DNA of 64,000 nucleotides from the human T2T-CHM13v2.0 reference genome, Homo sapiens. Shown in pieces: positions 26,701-41,386 of this stretch. Every line of letters starts with the position of its first letter. The stretch's first letter is position 1. Location of the stretch: the NCBI RefSeq assembly GCF_009914755.1, contig NC_060939.1, one strand, 5' to 3'. Made by a program: the position numbers and the translations under genes. Below the pieces are notes generated by a model that was given only the letters and a program-made list of their open reading frames with translations, was not told the origin of the DNA and did not search any database.

Positions 26701-29700
26701 GAAGAGATCAGTTTTTCCTAAACTTTAATCATTTGCAGACTACTTTTATATTTTTTTTCATATTTTTGGTTCAACTAAACTATTGTTTACTTAACATTAT
26801 TCCCGTAAATTTATACATTAAAATTTTTTTGTTTCTTTTTCTAGAACTGCATGTCAAAAATGTAATCATTTTAACTTAACATTATTTAAGGTGAAACTTT
26901 TTATATAGCCATAGTATAGCAGTAGCACTTAGCACATACAGGAAGTAGCCACAAAAATACATGGAATATAAACACATAATGTTATTTAAATCCAGCTAGA
27001 TACTGTTTCCTGTGCAGTCTCTGAGCCTCAGGTCTGCTTTCTGTTTTCTAAAAAGATTAGCAAATATTGGAGAGGTACTGGAAATAGACTAATAACTGAG
27101 ACTTGAACGGACATTTCCCAAAAGAAGAATAAACACTTTACTGAGAATAAACATTTTTCTTTATGTGATACAGTGATATTTAATGCTGTGTCTCCTGTGG
27201 CAGCTAAATCTAGATCATATACTCTCAGTAGGAGGTTTTTTACCTTTCAAAAAAATCCTGGATTAGGCAGTCTTTTGGGTAAAATTATATTGTTCCATGA
27301 TTCACTACTTGTGTGAGAAGAGTATTGGGGAAAAGATATGAATTATAATTTTTTCAGGTCATGCATCTATTAAATTAAATGCTATCCAGAAGCTTGAGGA
27401 ATTAAGTTTGTTGGCTGAGGTTCCTAATATTATGAGCATGCCATATTTGAAATGTAGCCATGATGAATAGTAAAGAGAATTCAATGCTTCAATTCTTTCA
27501 ATATCCCTGGAAGAAGGAGCTTTTCATAGAAAATAGACACTCCTTCCTTGAGTAACCTAGTATAGTCCTACCCTATGTCCCAGCTTCCCCTCCTCTGAAG
27601 TGGCTGATCTGAAGTCAAATGCTCTAAGATCCCCTCTTTGTGAAATCACCAGTTTCTTAATCAGATATCTTTTTTCATGCTGACCAGGTATTAGCCCACT
27701 TATCTTGGGACATTTAGGCATTAATAGGAGGGACCTAAAACATTGTCCTTCTTGTGATCTTCCTGGAAGATATCAGACCCTGTACTGAGACGCTCAAACC
27801 TGCAGACTCACTTCTAGAATTCTATTACCTCTGCATATGTAGGTCACCATCAGGAGCAGAGTTTTGAGTCTTCTCTAGGACTTCAGCTGTATTCTAAATG
27901 TTATTGGGATTGCTATTCCTGATTCTTTTTGATGTTTATTTTTAGAATTGATACATCATATTTTTACATATTTATGGGATACATGTGATATTTTGTTACA
28001 TATATAGAATGTGGAACGAGCAAGTCAGAGTAATTGGACTATCCATCACTGAGTATTTGTTGTTTCTGTATGTTGAGAACATTTCAGGTTCTCTCTTCTA
28101 GCTCTATTTAAATATACAATACATTGTTGTTAACTGTAGTCATCCCACTCTCCTATTGAACACTAGAACTTATTTTTCTAACTGTATGCTTGTACATATT
28201 AATCAACCTCTCTTTACTCTTCCTCCACATTGACTGCCGCACACCCTTCCCAGCCTCTGATAATCAACAAGCTAATCTCTATTTCCATGAGATCCACTTT
28301 TTTTTTTTTTTTTTAGCTCCCACGTATGAGCGAGAACATGCAATATTTGTCTTTCTGTGCCTGGCTTGTTTCACAAAATATAATCTCTGGTTCAATCCAT
28401 GTTGCTGCAAATAACATAATTTCATTCTTTTTTATGGCTGAATAGTATGCCATTGTGTATATATGCCACATTTTCTTTATCCATTCATTCCCTGATGGAC
28501 ATTCAAGTTGATTCCCTATCTTGGCTCTTGTGAATAAACATGGGGATGCAGGTATCTCTTTGATATATAGACTTTCTTTACTTTGGATAAATACTCAGTG
28601 GTAGAATTGCTGGATCATATGGTAGTTCTATTTTTAGTTTTTTTAGAAATCTCCATACTGTTTTCCACAGTGGCTGTACTAATTTACACTCCCACCAAAT
28701 GCATATGAGTTAATTTTTCTGTGCATCCTCACTAGCATCTGATAGTTTTTGTCTTTTTAATAATATCCATTCTTCCTGGGGTAAGATATTATCTCAGTGT
28801 AGTTTTGATTTGCATTTCCCTGATGTTTAGTGATGCTGAGTAATTTTTCATATACTTGTTGACCATTTGTATGTCTTATTTTGAGGAATGTTTATTCAAA
28901 CCCTTTGCCCACTTTGTAATAAAACTATTTATTTTTTTTTTGCCATTGAGTTCCTTGTATATTCTGGATATTAGTCCCTTCTTGGATGAATAGTTTGCAA
29001 ATATTTCTCCTGATTAACAAGTTATCTCCTCATTCTGTTGATTGTTTCCTCTTCTGCACAGCAGCTTTTTAGTTTACTATAGTCCCATTTATCTATTTCT
29101 GGTTTTGTTGCCTGTGCTTTTGAGGTCTTAGCCATAAAATCTTTGCTTTGGGCCAATGTCCTAAAGTGTCTCCCCTAAGGTTTCTTCTAGTGGTCTTATA
29201 GTTTTGGGTCTTATGTTTAAGTCTTTAATCCATCTTGAGTTGATTTTTATACATGCTGAGAGATAGGGGTCCATTTTCATTCTCCTACACATGAATTTTC
29301 AGCTTTCCCACCACCATTTGTTGAAAAGGATGTCCTTTCCCCAGTGTATGTTCTTGGTACCTTTGTCCAAAATCAGTTGGCTGCAAATATGTGGATTTAT
29401 TTCTGGGTTCTTTATTCTGTTTCACTGGTCTATGTATCTGTTTTTGTACAAATACCATGCTGTTTTGGTTGCTGTAACCTTGTAATATATTTAGAAGTCA
29501 GGTAGTGTAATGCTTCCAGCTTTGTTCTTTGTGCTTAGGATTGCTTTGACTCTTCAAGCTCTTTTTTTTGGTTCTATAAAAATTTTAGATTTTTTTTAAT
29601 TCTGTGAAAAATAACATTGGTATTTTGATGAGGATTGGATTGAATCTGTAGATTGCTTTGGGTAGTATGGTTGTTTTAACAATATTAATTCTTCTGATCC

Positions 29701-30275
29701 ATGAGCATTGGATGTCTTTCCATTTTTTAGTGTCCTCCTCAATTTCCTTCATCAATGTTTTGTAGTTTTCCCTGTAGAGATGCTTCACCTCCTTGAAGCC
29801 TTGATACGCAACATATCAAAATCTATGGCACACAGCAAAAGTTGTGCTAGGAGAAAAGTTTATAGCAATAAATGCCTACTTCAAAAAAGTAGAAAATACT
29901 TCAAATAAACATTCTGATAATGCACCTGAAAGAACGAGAAAAGCAAGAGCAAAACAAACCCAGAATGAGTAGAAGGAAATAACTAATAAAAATCAGAACA
30001 GAGATAAATGAAATACTGACTAAAAAAAATTACTAAGAATACCTTACATTTATTCCCAAGTATTTTATGTTTGGTAGCTATTGTGAGATTGCTTTCTTGA
30101 TGTAGTTTTTTATTGGTTATTTTGTTATTGGTGTATAAAAATGCTACCGATTTTTTGTGTTTTGGTTTTGTATCCTGTCACTTTACTGAAATTGTTTATC
30201 AGCTCGAAAAGTTTTTGGTGGAGTTTTTTGGCTTTTGTACATGTAAGATTATGGTATTTTCAAAGGACAATTTGA

Positions 30276-30632
<357 letters not shown>

Positions 30633-32774
30633 TGAATAAGGGTGGCAAAAATGGGCATCTTGTCTTGTTCAGTTCTTAGAAGAAGGGATTTCAGTTTTTC
30701 CTTTTTGGATATGATGTTAACTGTGGGTTTCTGATATATGGCTTTTATTAAGTTGAAGTGTTTCTTCTATGTTTAATTTTTTGAGAGGTTTTTTTTTTAA
30801 TCATGAAGGAATGTTGAATTTTATCAAATGCTTTTTCAGCAGGTATTGGGATTGTCAGATGGCTTTTATCCTTCTTTCTAAAGATGCGATATATGACAGT
30901 TATTGAATTGTGTATGTTGAACCATTCTTGTATCCCTGGTATAAATCCCACTTGACCATGGCTTATTCTTTTTATGATGCATGTTAGATTTAGTAAGCTA
31001 GCATTTTATTTTTGTGTCTCTGTTCTTCTGGAATGTTGGCATGCAGTGTTCTTTTTCTGTTGAGTCTTTGTCAGGTTTTAGTATCAGGGTAATGCTGACC
31101 TTGTAGAATGAATTAGGGAGAATTCTCACCTCTTCAATTTTTTGGAATAGTTTGAGAAGAACTCGTGTTGTTAGTTTGGTAGAATTCAGCAGTGAAGCCA
31201 TCCAGTCCTGGGTTTTTCTTTGATGGGAGAAAGAAAAACCCAGTCTCCCGTCTTTTGATGGGAGACTTTTTTTTTATTATTATTACTGATTTAATCTCAT
31301 TACTCATTATTGGTCTATTCAGGTCTTCTATTTCTTCCTAGTTCAATCTTGGTAAGTTGTATGTGTCCAGGAATTTATCCCTTTTCTCTAGCTTCTTCAG
31401 TTTCTTGCTGCATAGTTCTTCATAATAGTCTCTGATGATCTTCGTATTTCTGTGGTATCAGTTGTAATAGCTTTTTTGTTGTTGTTGTTGTTTCTGATTT
31501 TGTTCATTTGGGTCTTTCCTCTTTTATTTGGTTAGTCTATCTAGCAGTTTGTCGATTTTACTTATCTTTCAAAAAATGAAATTTTCATTTTGTTGACCCT
31601 TAGTATTATTTTTTAGTCAGTATTTCATTTATCTCTGTTCTGATCTTTATTAGTCATTTCCTTCTACTCATTCTGGGTTCGTTCTGCTCTTGCTTTTCTA
31701 GTTGTTTCATGTGCATTGTTAGAATGTTTATTTGAAGTTTTTCTGCTTTTTTGATGTAGGCATTTATTGCTATAAACTTTTAGCACAACTTTTGCTGTGT
31801 GCAATAGATTTTGGTATATTGGGTTTCAATTTTCCTTTGTTTCAAGAAATTTTTTTATTTCCTCCTTAATTTCTTCCTTGAGTTAATAGTCAATCAGGAT
31901 CACGTTTAATTTCTATATATTTGTACAGTTTCCAAAGTTCGTTTGTTATTGATTTTTAGTTTTATTTTATTGTAGTCCGAGAAGATACTTGATATAATTT
32001 TAATTTTATAATTGTTGAGTCTTGTTGTCGTCCTAACATTTGGTCTATCCTGGAGAATGGTTCATGTGCCAATGAGAAGAAAGTATATTCTGTAACTTGT
32101 GAATGAAATGGTCTGTAAATGTCTGTTAGTTCTAATTTGGTCTAATACGTAGCTTAAATCCAATGGTTTTTTTTTTGTTGTTGTTAATTTTCTGTCTTGA
32201 TGATCTGCCTAATGGTGAGAGTTGGGTGCTGAAGTCCCCAACTATTATTATATTAGAATCTACCTGTTCTTTTATATTTGATACTATTTGCTTTATAAAT
32301 CTTTGTGCTCTGGTGTTGAGTGCAGTTATGTTTACAATTGTTATGTCCTCTTGTTCAACTAATTCCTTTATCATTGTGTAATGACATTTGTCTTTTTTTT
32401 TTTTTTTAGTTTTTGACTTATAATCTGTTTTATCTGCTATAAGTATAGCTACTGCTGTTTGCTTTTGATTCTGTTCATGTGGAATATATTTTTCTATCCC
32501 CTGACTTTCACCTATATGTTTCTTTACAGGTGAGATGAATTTCTAGTAGGCAGCATATAGTTCAGTGTTTTCTAAAAATTCATTATTTCAGTCTATATCT
32601 TTTAAATGAAAACTTAATGCATTTATATTCAAGATTGTTATTGATATGTGAGGGCTTATTCCTGTCATTTTATGAATTTACTTCTGGTTGTTTTGTATAG
32701 ATGAAGAAACCTTTGTTCCTTTCTTTCTCTCACATTGTTAATCATTGTGGTTTGGTGGTTTTCTGTCGCAGTAA

Positions 32775-33101
<327 letters not shown>

Positions 33102-36100
33102 TCCTTTCTCTTCTTTATTTGTGTGTTTGCTCTGCCAGTGAGTTTTATACTTTCACATGTTTTCATGATGGTAGATACTGTTCTTTCATTTCCAGTTGTA
33201 GGACTCCCTTAAGCATTTCTTGCAGAGTCAGTCTAGTGGTGATACCTTTTCTCAGCTTTTGCTTGTCTTGGAAAGACTTTATTTCTCCTTCATTTATGAA
33301 GGATAACTTTGCTGTGTATAGTATTCTTGCATAATATTCCCGCCCCACCAGCACTTTTAATATATCATCTCATTTTCTCCTGGCCTGTAAGGTTTCTGTT
33401 GAGAAATTCCCTGTTAGTCTAATAGAGGTTCCCTCATAAGTGACTAGACACTTTTCTCTTGAGGTTTTTAGAATTCTCTTTTTGTTTTTGACTTTTGACA
33501 GTCTGACTAAAATGTGCTGTGGAGAAGATGTTTTTGAATTGTATCTATTTGGGGATCTCTAAGCTTTCTGTATCTGGATGTCTAAAACTCTAACTAGAGT
33601 TAGGGATTTTTCAGCCACTATTTTGTTAAATAGGTTTTCCATTTTTCTATTGTCTTTCTATTTTTCTATTGTCTTTCTATTTTAATATTGCCTTCTGGGA
33701 CACTGAATATTTAAATATTTGGCCACTTTAAGGTGTCTCATATGTCATGTAGGGTTTGTTCATTCTTTTTTCTTCATTTTTATCTTTGGGTTTTTTTCCA
33801 AAGACCTGTTTTCAAGCACTGAAATTGTTTCTTCTGTTCTAGCTGTCTATTGTTGAAGTATTTTTTATTCATTTAATAAATTATTCATTTCCAGGATTTC
33901 TGTTTGGTTCTCTTTAATTATATCTATCTTTTTGGTAAATTTGTCATTTATATCCTGAATTGTTTTTGTGATATATTTGTATTGTTCATCTGTGTTCTGT
34001 AGCATAACAGGGTGAATTATAGTAAAAAATAATTTAATTGTACATTTGAAAAATCACTGAGCTTCTTTAATATCAATATGTTGAATTCTTTTTCTGGGAT
34101 TTTGTAAATTTCCTTTTTATTGTAATCTGTTGCTAGAGAATTATTATCTTTTTTTGGAGGTGTCGTGTTTCCTTGCTTTTTCATGTTTCGTTTGTCCTTA
34201 TGTTGATATCTGCGCATCTGGTAAAGCAGTCACTTCTCCCATTTTTTTTGGATTTGCTTTTGTAGGGGAGGGCTTTTTCCTGAAGACATACCAATGGTGT
34301 TGGTTAGCTAGGACACTTTGGCTTTGCTTCTGGGTGTGTGCAGTAGTATAGTCTCCATGTAATTTCTTCACCTGTAAACAGTGTTAGTGGTGTCTGTGAT
34401 TTTCTCAGTGACTTAGGTTGCAGTTGTTAGTGGAGGCTGTGGTGAAGTTTTGCTGGGGATGAAAACACCAGACAGTCCAATCCTCAGGCCCCAGTGAAGG
34501 CAGTTGCAGGCTGAGCATGCCTTTCCTTGGTCCTCAGGGTGGCATATGCTGGCGTTGGTGTTAGCTATTCTAGGCAATTTGGTTCTTGGGTCGCCAGGTG
34601 GCTTGCTGACTTGCTCAGATGCAAGCAATGACAGCAATGGGCCAGGTGGATGGGTGGGTCCTTAGGACCCTGGACAGTGGGCATGGCATGAGTAATGGCA
34701 GTAGCCATAGCAGGACAACCCTCTAGCTCCCAAGTGGCCTGTGCTGGTATTGGCAGCAGCTGTGATGGGTGAGGAGGGCCAGTCTTGAGGCACACAGGTG
34801 GTGCATGCAGGTGGGTGCCCGCTGTGCTGGTAGCTGCAGATTGAGTGGGACTGTCCTCAATCCCATGAGAGGAGTGCTCAGGTGCCAATGGTGGTAAATG
34901 GGGCAGGGTGAACCCAAGGCTCCCAGATAACACATTTTGGTATTGGGGAGGATAAAGATGGGCCAGGTGGGTGTGTCCTCTGGCCCTCTGGTAGTGCATA
35001 CAGGTGCTGGTGTGGTAGGCAGGGATGGGGTGATCCCTAGGGTCCCAGTGGAATGTTTGGGTGAGGACAGCAGTGGCTGTGTCATGGCCCTGCTGTTGGG
35101 TGGGTTGCTTTTAGTGGCAGCAGCCATAGACAGGCAGCTGGGGAGTATATGCTTTCACCCCAGTTGATGGCTGCAGGTAGGGTAGCCTGTCCTCAGGTCA
35201 CTTGTAAGTGCACAGTGGCTCTGCTGCTGAGGTGGCAGGGTTGCTGCCAGTGGCTTGTGCTTTGGCCCTGGGTGCAGCAGCCAGTAGTGGCAATGGCTGT
35301 ATGTGGGGGAGTCTTCTCTCAGGGCACATGAAAATGCACAGAGGTCCTACTGGGAGTGGCAGGCTTGTTGCCAATGGCTTGTGCTTTTGCCCTGGAGGCA
35401 GCAGCCAGCAGTGGTGATGGCTAAAGCTTAGGGATGCCCGTGGGGCTCCCAGAATGTGGAGATACAGGGGCTGTTGGGCCTTACAGCAGGATGCAGTCTG
35501 GTGAGGGCTGGGCTCTCAAAATAGCATCTTCCTGTAGCTTCTTAGGACTTGTGGGGGTGGTTGTGGGACCCAGTGCGAGCTCCCTCTCTGGAGTAATGCC
35601 AGTGTACGATCTCTAGGTAGCTACCTATGTTAGTTTCAGGGCCCACAATGGTCAAGGGGCTTTCCCATGGCTAGGGTTGCAGGAGTCCATGGTGAGAATG
35701 TGGACCACTGGGAGCCCCTTGCCTACCCTTCCCTGCATTGGGGAGCCTCTCCAGGATCCCAGGTGATCCTGGCTGAGAAAGATGCCTGATTTCCCTCTCC
35801 TTCCTTGCCTTAGGTATTTATTGCCACTTCTTGGTTGAATTCCAGTGTTCTTTCTTAGATGATCTATTCGAAGTGTAATAATATACTTGCTATTTTGGTT
35901 CTTCTTTGTGGAGGAGGCAAGTACCAGATGCCTCTAGTCAGCCATCTTGAAGACTCTCTCTTCCTGATTCCTTGTTGAGCTATGTTGACAGATATTTCAT
36001 GCCAGTCTTTCTGCTCTTCAATCACCCAATGTTGAGACTCTGGACATCTCTTGCTGCAGTCACCTAAGCTAAGTAACCAGAGGATGACTGAATTCTATGT

Positions 36101-37229
36101 AAGTACCAATTTATATCAGTAGTAATAAGTAAATTAGAAAGACATATACAAATTACCTTACCTGGGGCTAGTAAAGGCACAAACTCATGTTAGCGGGGCC
36201 ACCATCACTAATTTAGTTAGATCTGTGTTCTGAATATCCCTGAGGAATTTGGACCAGGAGGCTTCTTGGCCTCTATCATAAAACCAATTGATGTCAATAA
36301 ATAAACAGTGATAAGATGACAACCATCAGCTAAATGGTTGAGAAGGAAGAAGGTGAGGGGAAAGAAGAGGAGAACAGCAGGAAAGAGAGGCCTTTACTCA
36401 GCCCTTTTTCTATTTTCCGGGTCACAGGGCAGGGCCAAACATCTTTGAATACAACCTCTATGTGGTTAATAGATCCCTCAGTTACAAAGCCCAGGTTTGA
36501 TTACACAAATAAGTGTCTTCTATTCTCTTCTAGGCCAACCCAATCACAGTTCTTTTTGTAACTCTTTGAATCTTTTCTTGGTGTACAGACTTTGTGGTCA
36601 ATTTAACAAGGTCTGTGAAAGTGAGTTAGTTTTACACATGCAGTTTTATTTGGTGTGCCTTACAAGTTACATGGAATATCTGGAATTACACTAGTATTTC
36701 TAGAGTGACCTGATAACTCAGCCCTTTGTTTCTTCCAATCACATCTGAAAAATCACTTTTGTCTTTGCTTCTAAATGTTTTGCTCCCATGTGGTTATTTA
36801 ATTCTGCAAATGGCACAGGGACAGAATTTTTATGACTAGTAATGTGCAAGTAAATGTGTGTTCCATCTGATGTGTGGGCAACCTCTCTGGTATGATATAA
36901 CCTAGTATGCTGTTGTATTTGTCAAGTGGTTGGATATACAGATAACAGGGTAGTAAATGTGGTGCTTACATTATATGTGCTTGGTCTTTGTAAGATGTGA
37001 TCCCTAGAATTCCTTTCAGGAATGCTAAATTCCCCATTACCTAGAACAAAATGCATTTGGATGTACCCACTGTACCTATGATCAAAGCAATTTTCATGCA
37101 TGATATTCTGGGGGAGCATGGAGAAGGAGGGTTGATATAATGCAGAAGATTTTTAGACCTACCTTGAGTCCTAATGAGATAAAACCTCCATCTGATTTTC
37201 AGATAATACTTGTTCTTTTCACTCAATTC

Positions 37230-37434
37230 CAGTGGCTGTTCCAGGGCAATTTTGCCCCCAGGGGATGTTTGGCAATGTCTAGAGACAATTTTGGTTTTCA
37301 TAATGGCGAGGGATGCTACTGACTAAACATCTTGCGACACTTAGCGTCCTACTCTGCTGATTGTCTTAAAATGGACAGAACACTTCCTTCATCCCCAGTC
37401 CAAAATGTCAACAGTGCCAAAGTTGAGAACCCCA
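37230..37434. mobile_element. MER20 hAT-Charlie
   Basis: TTTTGCCCCCAGGGGA.TTTGGCAATGTCTAGAGACA...CCAAAATGTCAACAGTGCCAAAGTTGAGAA. Confidence 0.8.
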
Positions 37435-38059
37435 CTCGATTCAATCAGTCATTTATCCATTTTACTGATCTGGGCTGAAACTTAAAATGGCACAATACCA
37501 GATAGCACAGTATAATTTTGTCTAGATAATAATTTCTCTAAGAGAGATAGAGACAGAGATGCTGTACTTGCTAGTTCTTGGAGTTGCTCATAGAAAGATC
37601 AGGCTAGTGGATCTCAGGACAAACATTTTCTCTCCAGAGCCATCTCCTAACTCCCTGCTGGCAGTGTGCTGTGGAGCCCTGAGAACCAACTGGCAGTGAT
37701 CAATGTTATTTGCTTTGATGTATTCCTGAGGCTGGAGGGATTGTTGAACTATATGAGTGACACACGCCTGGAGGAGAAGAGTATTATAATTCACAAAGGG
37801 GAGAAGGAGACCAATTAAAGTAGATTAAAAGCAGAACATACTGTGGGAAACATTCAGGGCACAAAATCATCCAGCAAGCTGATGTATGCACACCAAGATC
37901 CATGGAAGATGAATATGGCATCCTGTGGTTTACAAGTTCATGGGCGACCACAGGACAATGTGAAACAGGAGAATTTCACAAACAACTGTGATCCTCCATG
38001 GTTTCTGTTCTGTTCTTATTTCTTCTGCAGCAGAGCTAAAGATTTTAGAACTTAATTTT

Positions 38060-38292
38060 CATATGTAGTGGCCAGAAATTGGCTTTAGCTTTGGAGAGAG
38101 CTGAGTTGCAATCTAGGTTCTACTGCATATAAACTATGTGCTCTTAGGCAAGTTATCTAGCTTCTTTAAACCTTAGTGTCCTCATCTATAAAATGAGGAA
38201 AATGATACCTACCTGCTGTGAAGATGAAAGGAGATGTAGTTTGTGAATATGCTTACACAGTCTTGGCATGCCCTAGGTGCTTGATGAATACT
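38060..38292 (+). mobile_element. MIR
   Basis: TTAGGCAAGTTA...CCTCATCTATAAAATGAGG. Confidence 0.7.
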
Positions 38293-39437
38293 CACCCAAG
38301 TCTTTTGCTTTTGGAGCAGAAGCAATGTCAAATCTCTCCATTCTACCAAAATGTTGAGCTTTTCAGAATCACTTTCTTACAAGCTTAGGAAGCTCTTCAG
38401 AGTGCAATTCACCATCTAGAATTCATCAGTGGGGATGGGAGGATAAACATTTGTACTCACATTTAACAGTGTTCTGGGTTTTTCTGTTGTTGGGTAGGGC
38501 TCAGTGAGGCGAGAAACGGGAGGAGGAAGAATGGCAGACATGATTCAAGAGGTTCATGGATTGGAAAACAGGGATCTCTAGGAACAGACTGGCTGCTATT
38601 TTGCCCTCTCAGAGAGCTTCTCAAAGCCTGGTGCATCCATATGGGTTCCAATTTGTGTCTTGCATAGTAGTACCTCATTTTTTATAGGAAGATCAGCTCT
38701 CTTAAAATAGAGTAAGAACCAAGACAACAACCAATTCATGCATAGGGAGAGCCCAGATGGATGTCATGCTATAAAATCTGTACACCATGTGAGGAGAGCC
38801 TCATGCTACCATAATCAGGGCTGCCTTACAACCCTATTTTACATACAATTAAACCTTTTGATCTAACTTGCAAGCCAATTATCTCGCTGCAACCAGCAAA
38901 TTAAAATAAGGGGAAGATACTAAAGATGCTTCTTTGACAAAAGCAAGGAATAGCAGCTCTCTTGAGGAGAGATTTAAGTTTACATACTTCACATAGAACA
39001 GGTTGAGCATAATAGTAATTTTTGCAGCAATAAACATTCATTCTCACTGAGAAAGGTGAGATGATTTTGAGTGTCTTCTGTTTAAGGGCATGGGGAATTT
39101 CTCTTCAAACTATTTATATAAATAGATAAATAGATAGATACAGCTATAGCTTTACTGCTTAAAGACATAAAGGTATAGGCTAGACTAATCATTGAGGAAT
39201 AATTTAGTATGCCAGAATATAGGAGATTAGAGTGCACCCTACAAATACCTCCTGTAGTCCCAGGACATTGGTGCATCCTTAACCTAGGAAGTCAGGGGCT
39301 CAGAAGCTCACTATTAATTTCAAGTGGATACGTTTAGGTGCTCCAGTTTCTCTTCTTGTAAAATGCAAATAAATTGAGGTCAAGAGAGATGACTGGAAAA
39401 TGCTCCAAGATCTATAGCTAACAAGGAGCGGGAGCAT

Positions 39438-39745
<308 letters not shown>

Positions 39746-39960
39746 TCAAGGAAGGGGAGCATGTTGAAGTGAGAATATCTATCATATTTAAGGTCCTTCT
39801 CTTTTTTGATTAAACATCTCTAGCTGTAAAATGGATATTGGTTGCCTGAAAGTATAAAATGAAAGGAGTTAGTATATCTACTACAACTCCTTGGTATACT
39901 TGGTAGGTACTCATTAAATATTACTATTAATGTAAAATACAGTACTACAATAATAATAAC

Positions 39961-40919
39961 CAGGGGTAGATCTAGGTTCTGGGGGGCCTGAAGCTTATGC
40001 AACTTTGGATCTCTCTTTAAGGAGAATAATACAAAACTACAAATACAAAATTAAGTATGAATGAGGATACTTATCTGGAATAAGAACTTTTAGAAAGCAA
40101 TGATTTTTAAAAAGCTGACAAATACCACAAGCTTCACAAAATCAGAAAAATAATGTGTTTTAAAATTGACTTCCTGGCATTGCTTTATAATCCTTTTTTC
40201 TCATATCTTTTCTGGCTGAATTTTCTTTGATTGCTCTATTCATATGACATTTTATATAATACCATTTTCTATAGAGAAAATAAGGATAATTCAACCTCTT
40301 CTGTAGCATGGTTGATCAAAATTTGTTTTTTACTACTGACAATTAAAGAAAAATTTCTTTCAGCTCCACAATTTGTTTTTTGGGGTAATATCAAGTAAAC
40401 ATTTGGGATTATTGTCAGATTTGAGAAAACTTCTATCAAACTTCTTTTAAGAACTGTGAGTTTTGAAAGAGCATTTTATAAAGCAGATTCCAGCTCTGTC
40501 CATTGCATGCCACGTTTCTCCTCCATGACTCACATTCAGTGCTGGATGCTGAAGGCAATGTGCTCGTGATCGTGGGACCTTCCTGTTATGATGCTGGGGA
40601 GTCTGCACAGGTCGTGATGCTCCTGGAAGCCATTGCTATAATCAGATGGCTAGCAGTAACTTAGCTATCCACAAAAGTTTCTGCAAATCATACAAATAAA
40701 TTCCGCTAAACCCAAGCTAAATAGATCCTCAACTCAACTCCAAAGCCACCCGAACAGGAATCTTAATTGTAGTTAAAATACCTTCCTCTTGCTAGTGGTA
40801 CAAAATCATATGTCTATGTAAACACATGACTGGGACCCCGTCAGGTATTGAAAGAATCCCATGCAAGTGAGGGACTCCAAAGCTTTAGCTGCGTAAGATT
40901 TATGGTAACTCTACCTCTG
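39961..40919. mobile_element. hAT DNA transposon with MER53-type ends (OldhAT1-like)
   Basis: Left end CAGGGGTAGATCTAGGTT...GGGGCCTGAAGCTTAT...AATACAAAATTA; right end GCAAGTGAGGG...AAGCTTTAGCT...ATGGTAACTCTACCTCTG. Confidence 0.7.
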
Positions 40920-40950
40920 GTAGTGACAAATAGCATTGAGGAGAAAATTA

Positions 40951-41386
40951 CAGTTGACCCTTAAACAACGTTGGGGTTAGGGGCACTGACCCCTGTGCAG
41001 TAGAAAATCCATGTATAAGTTTTGGCTGCCCCAAACTTAAATTCTAGTAGCCTATTGTTGACTGGAAGCCTTACTGATAATGTAAACAGTGGATTAATAC
41101 ATATTTTGTATGTTATATGTATCGTATAGTGTATTCTTACAATAAAGTAAGTTAGAGAAAACAAAGTGTTATTAAAAATCATAAGAAAGAAAAATATATT
41201 TACTATTCATTAAGTGGGAGTGGATCATCTGAAGGGTCTTCATCCTCATCTTTACTTTGAGTAGGTCGAGAAGGAGAAGGAAGAGGCGGGGTTGGTCTTG
41301 CTGTCTCAGGGGTGGCAGAGGGGGAAGAAAATCCATGTATGAGTGGACCAGCACAGTTCATACCCATGCTGTCCAAGGGCCAACTC
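40951..41386. mobile_element. Tigger2a (MER28) TcMar-Tigger element
   Basis: Terminal inverted repeats CAGTTGACCCTT...AAGGGCCAACTC, flanked by TA on both sides, about 436 bp. Confidence 0.85.

Noticed and set aside
34413-35616. Cluster of 60-144 aa ORFs in GC-rich sequence
   Set aside because: They lie in the L1MA 5' UTR; stop-poor composition explains them and no protein motif is recognisable.
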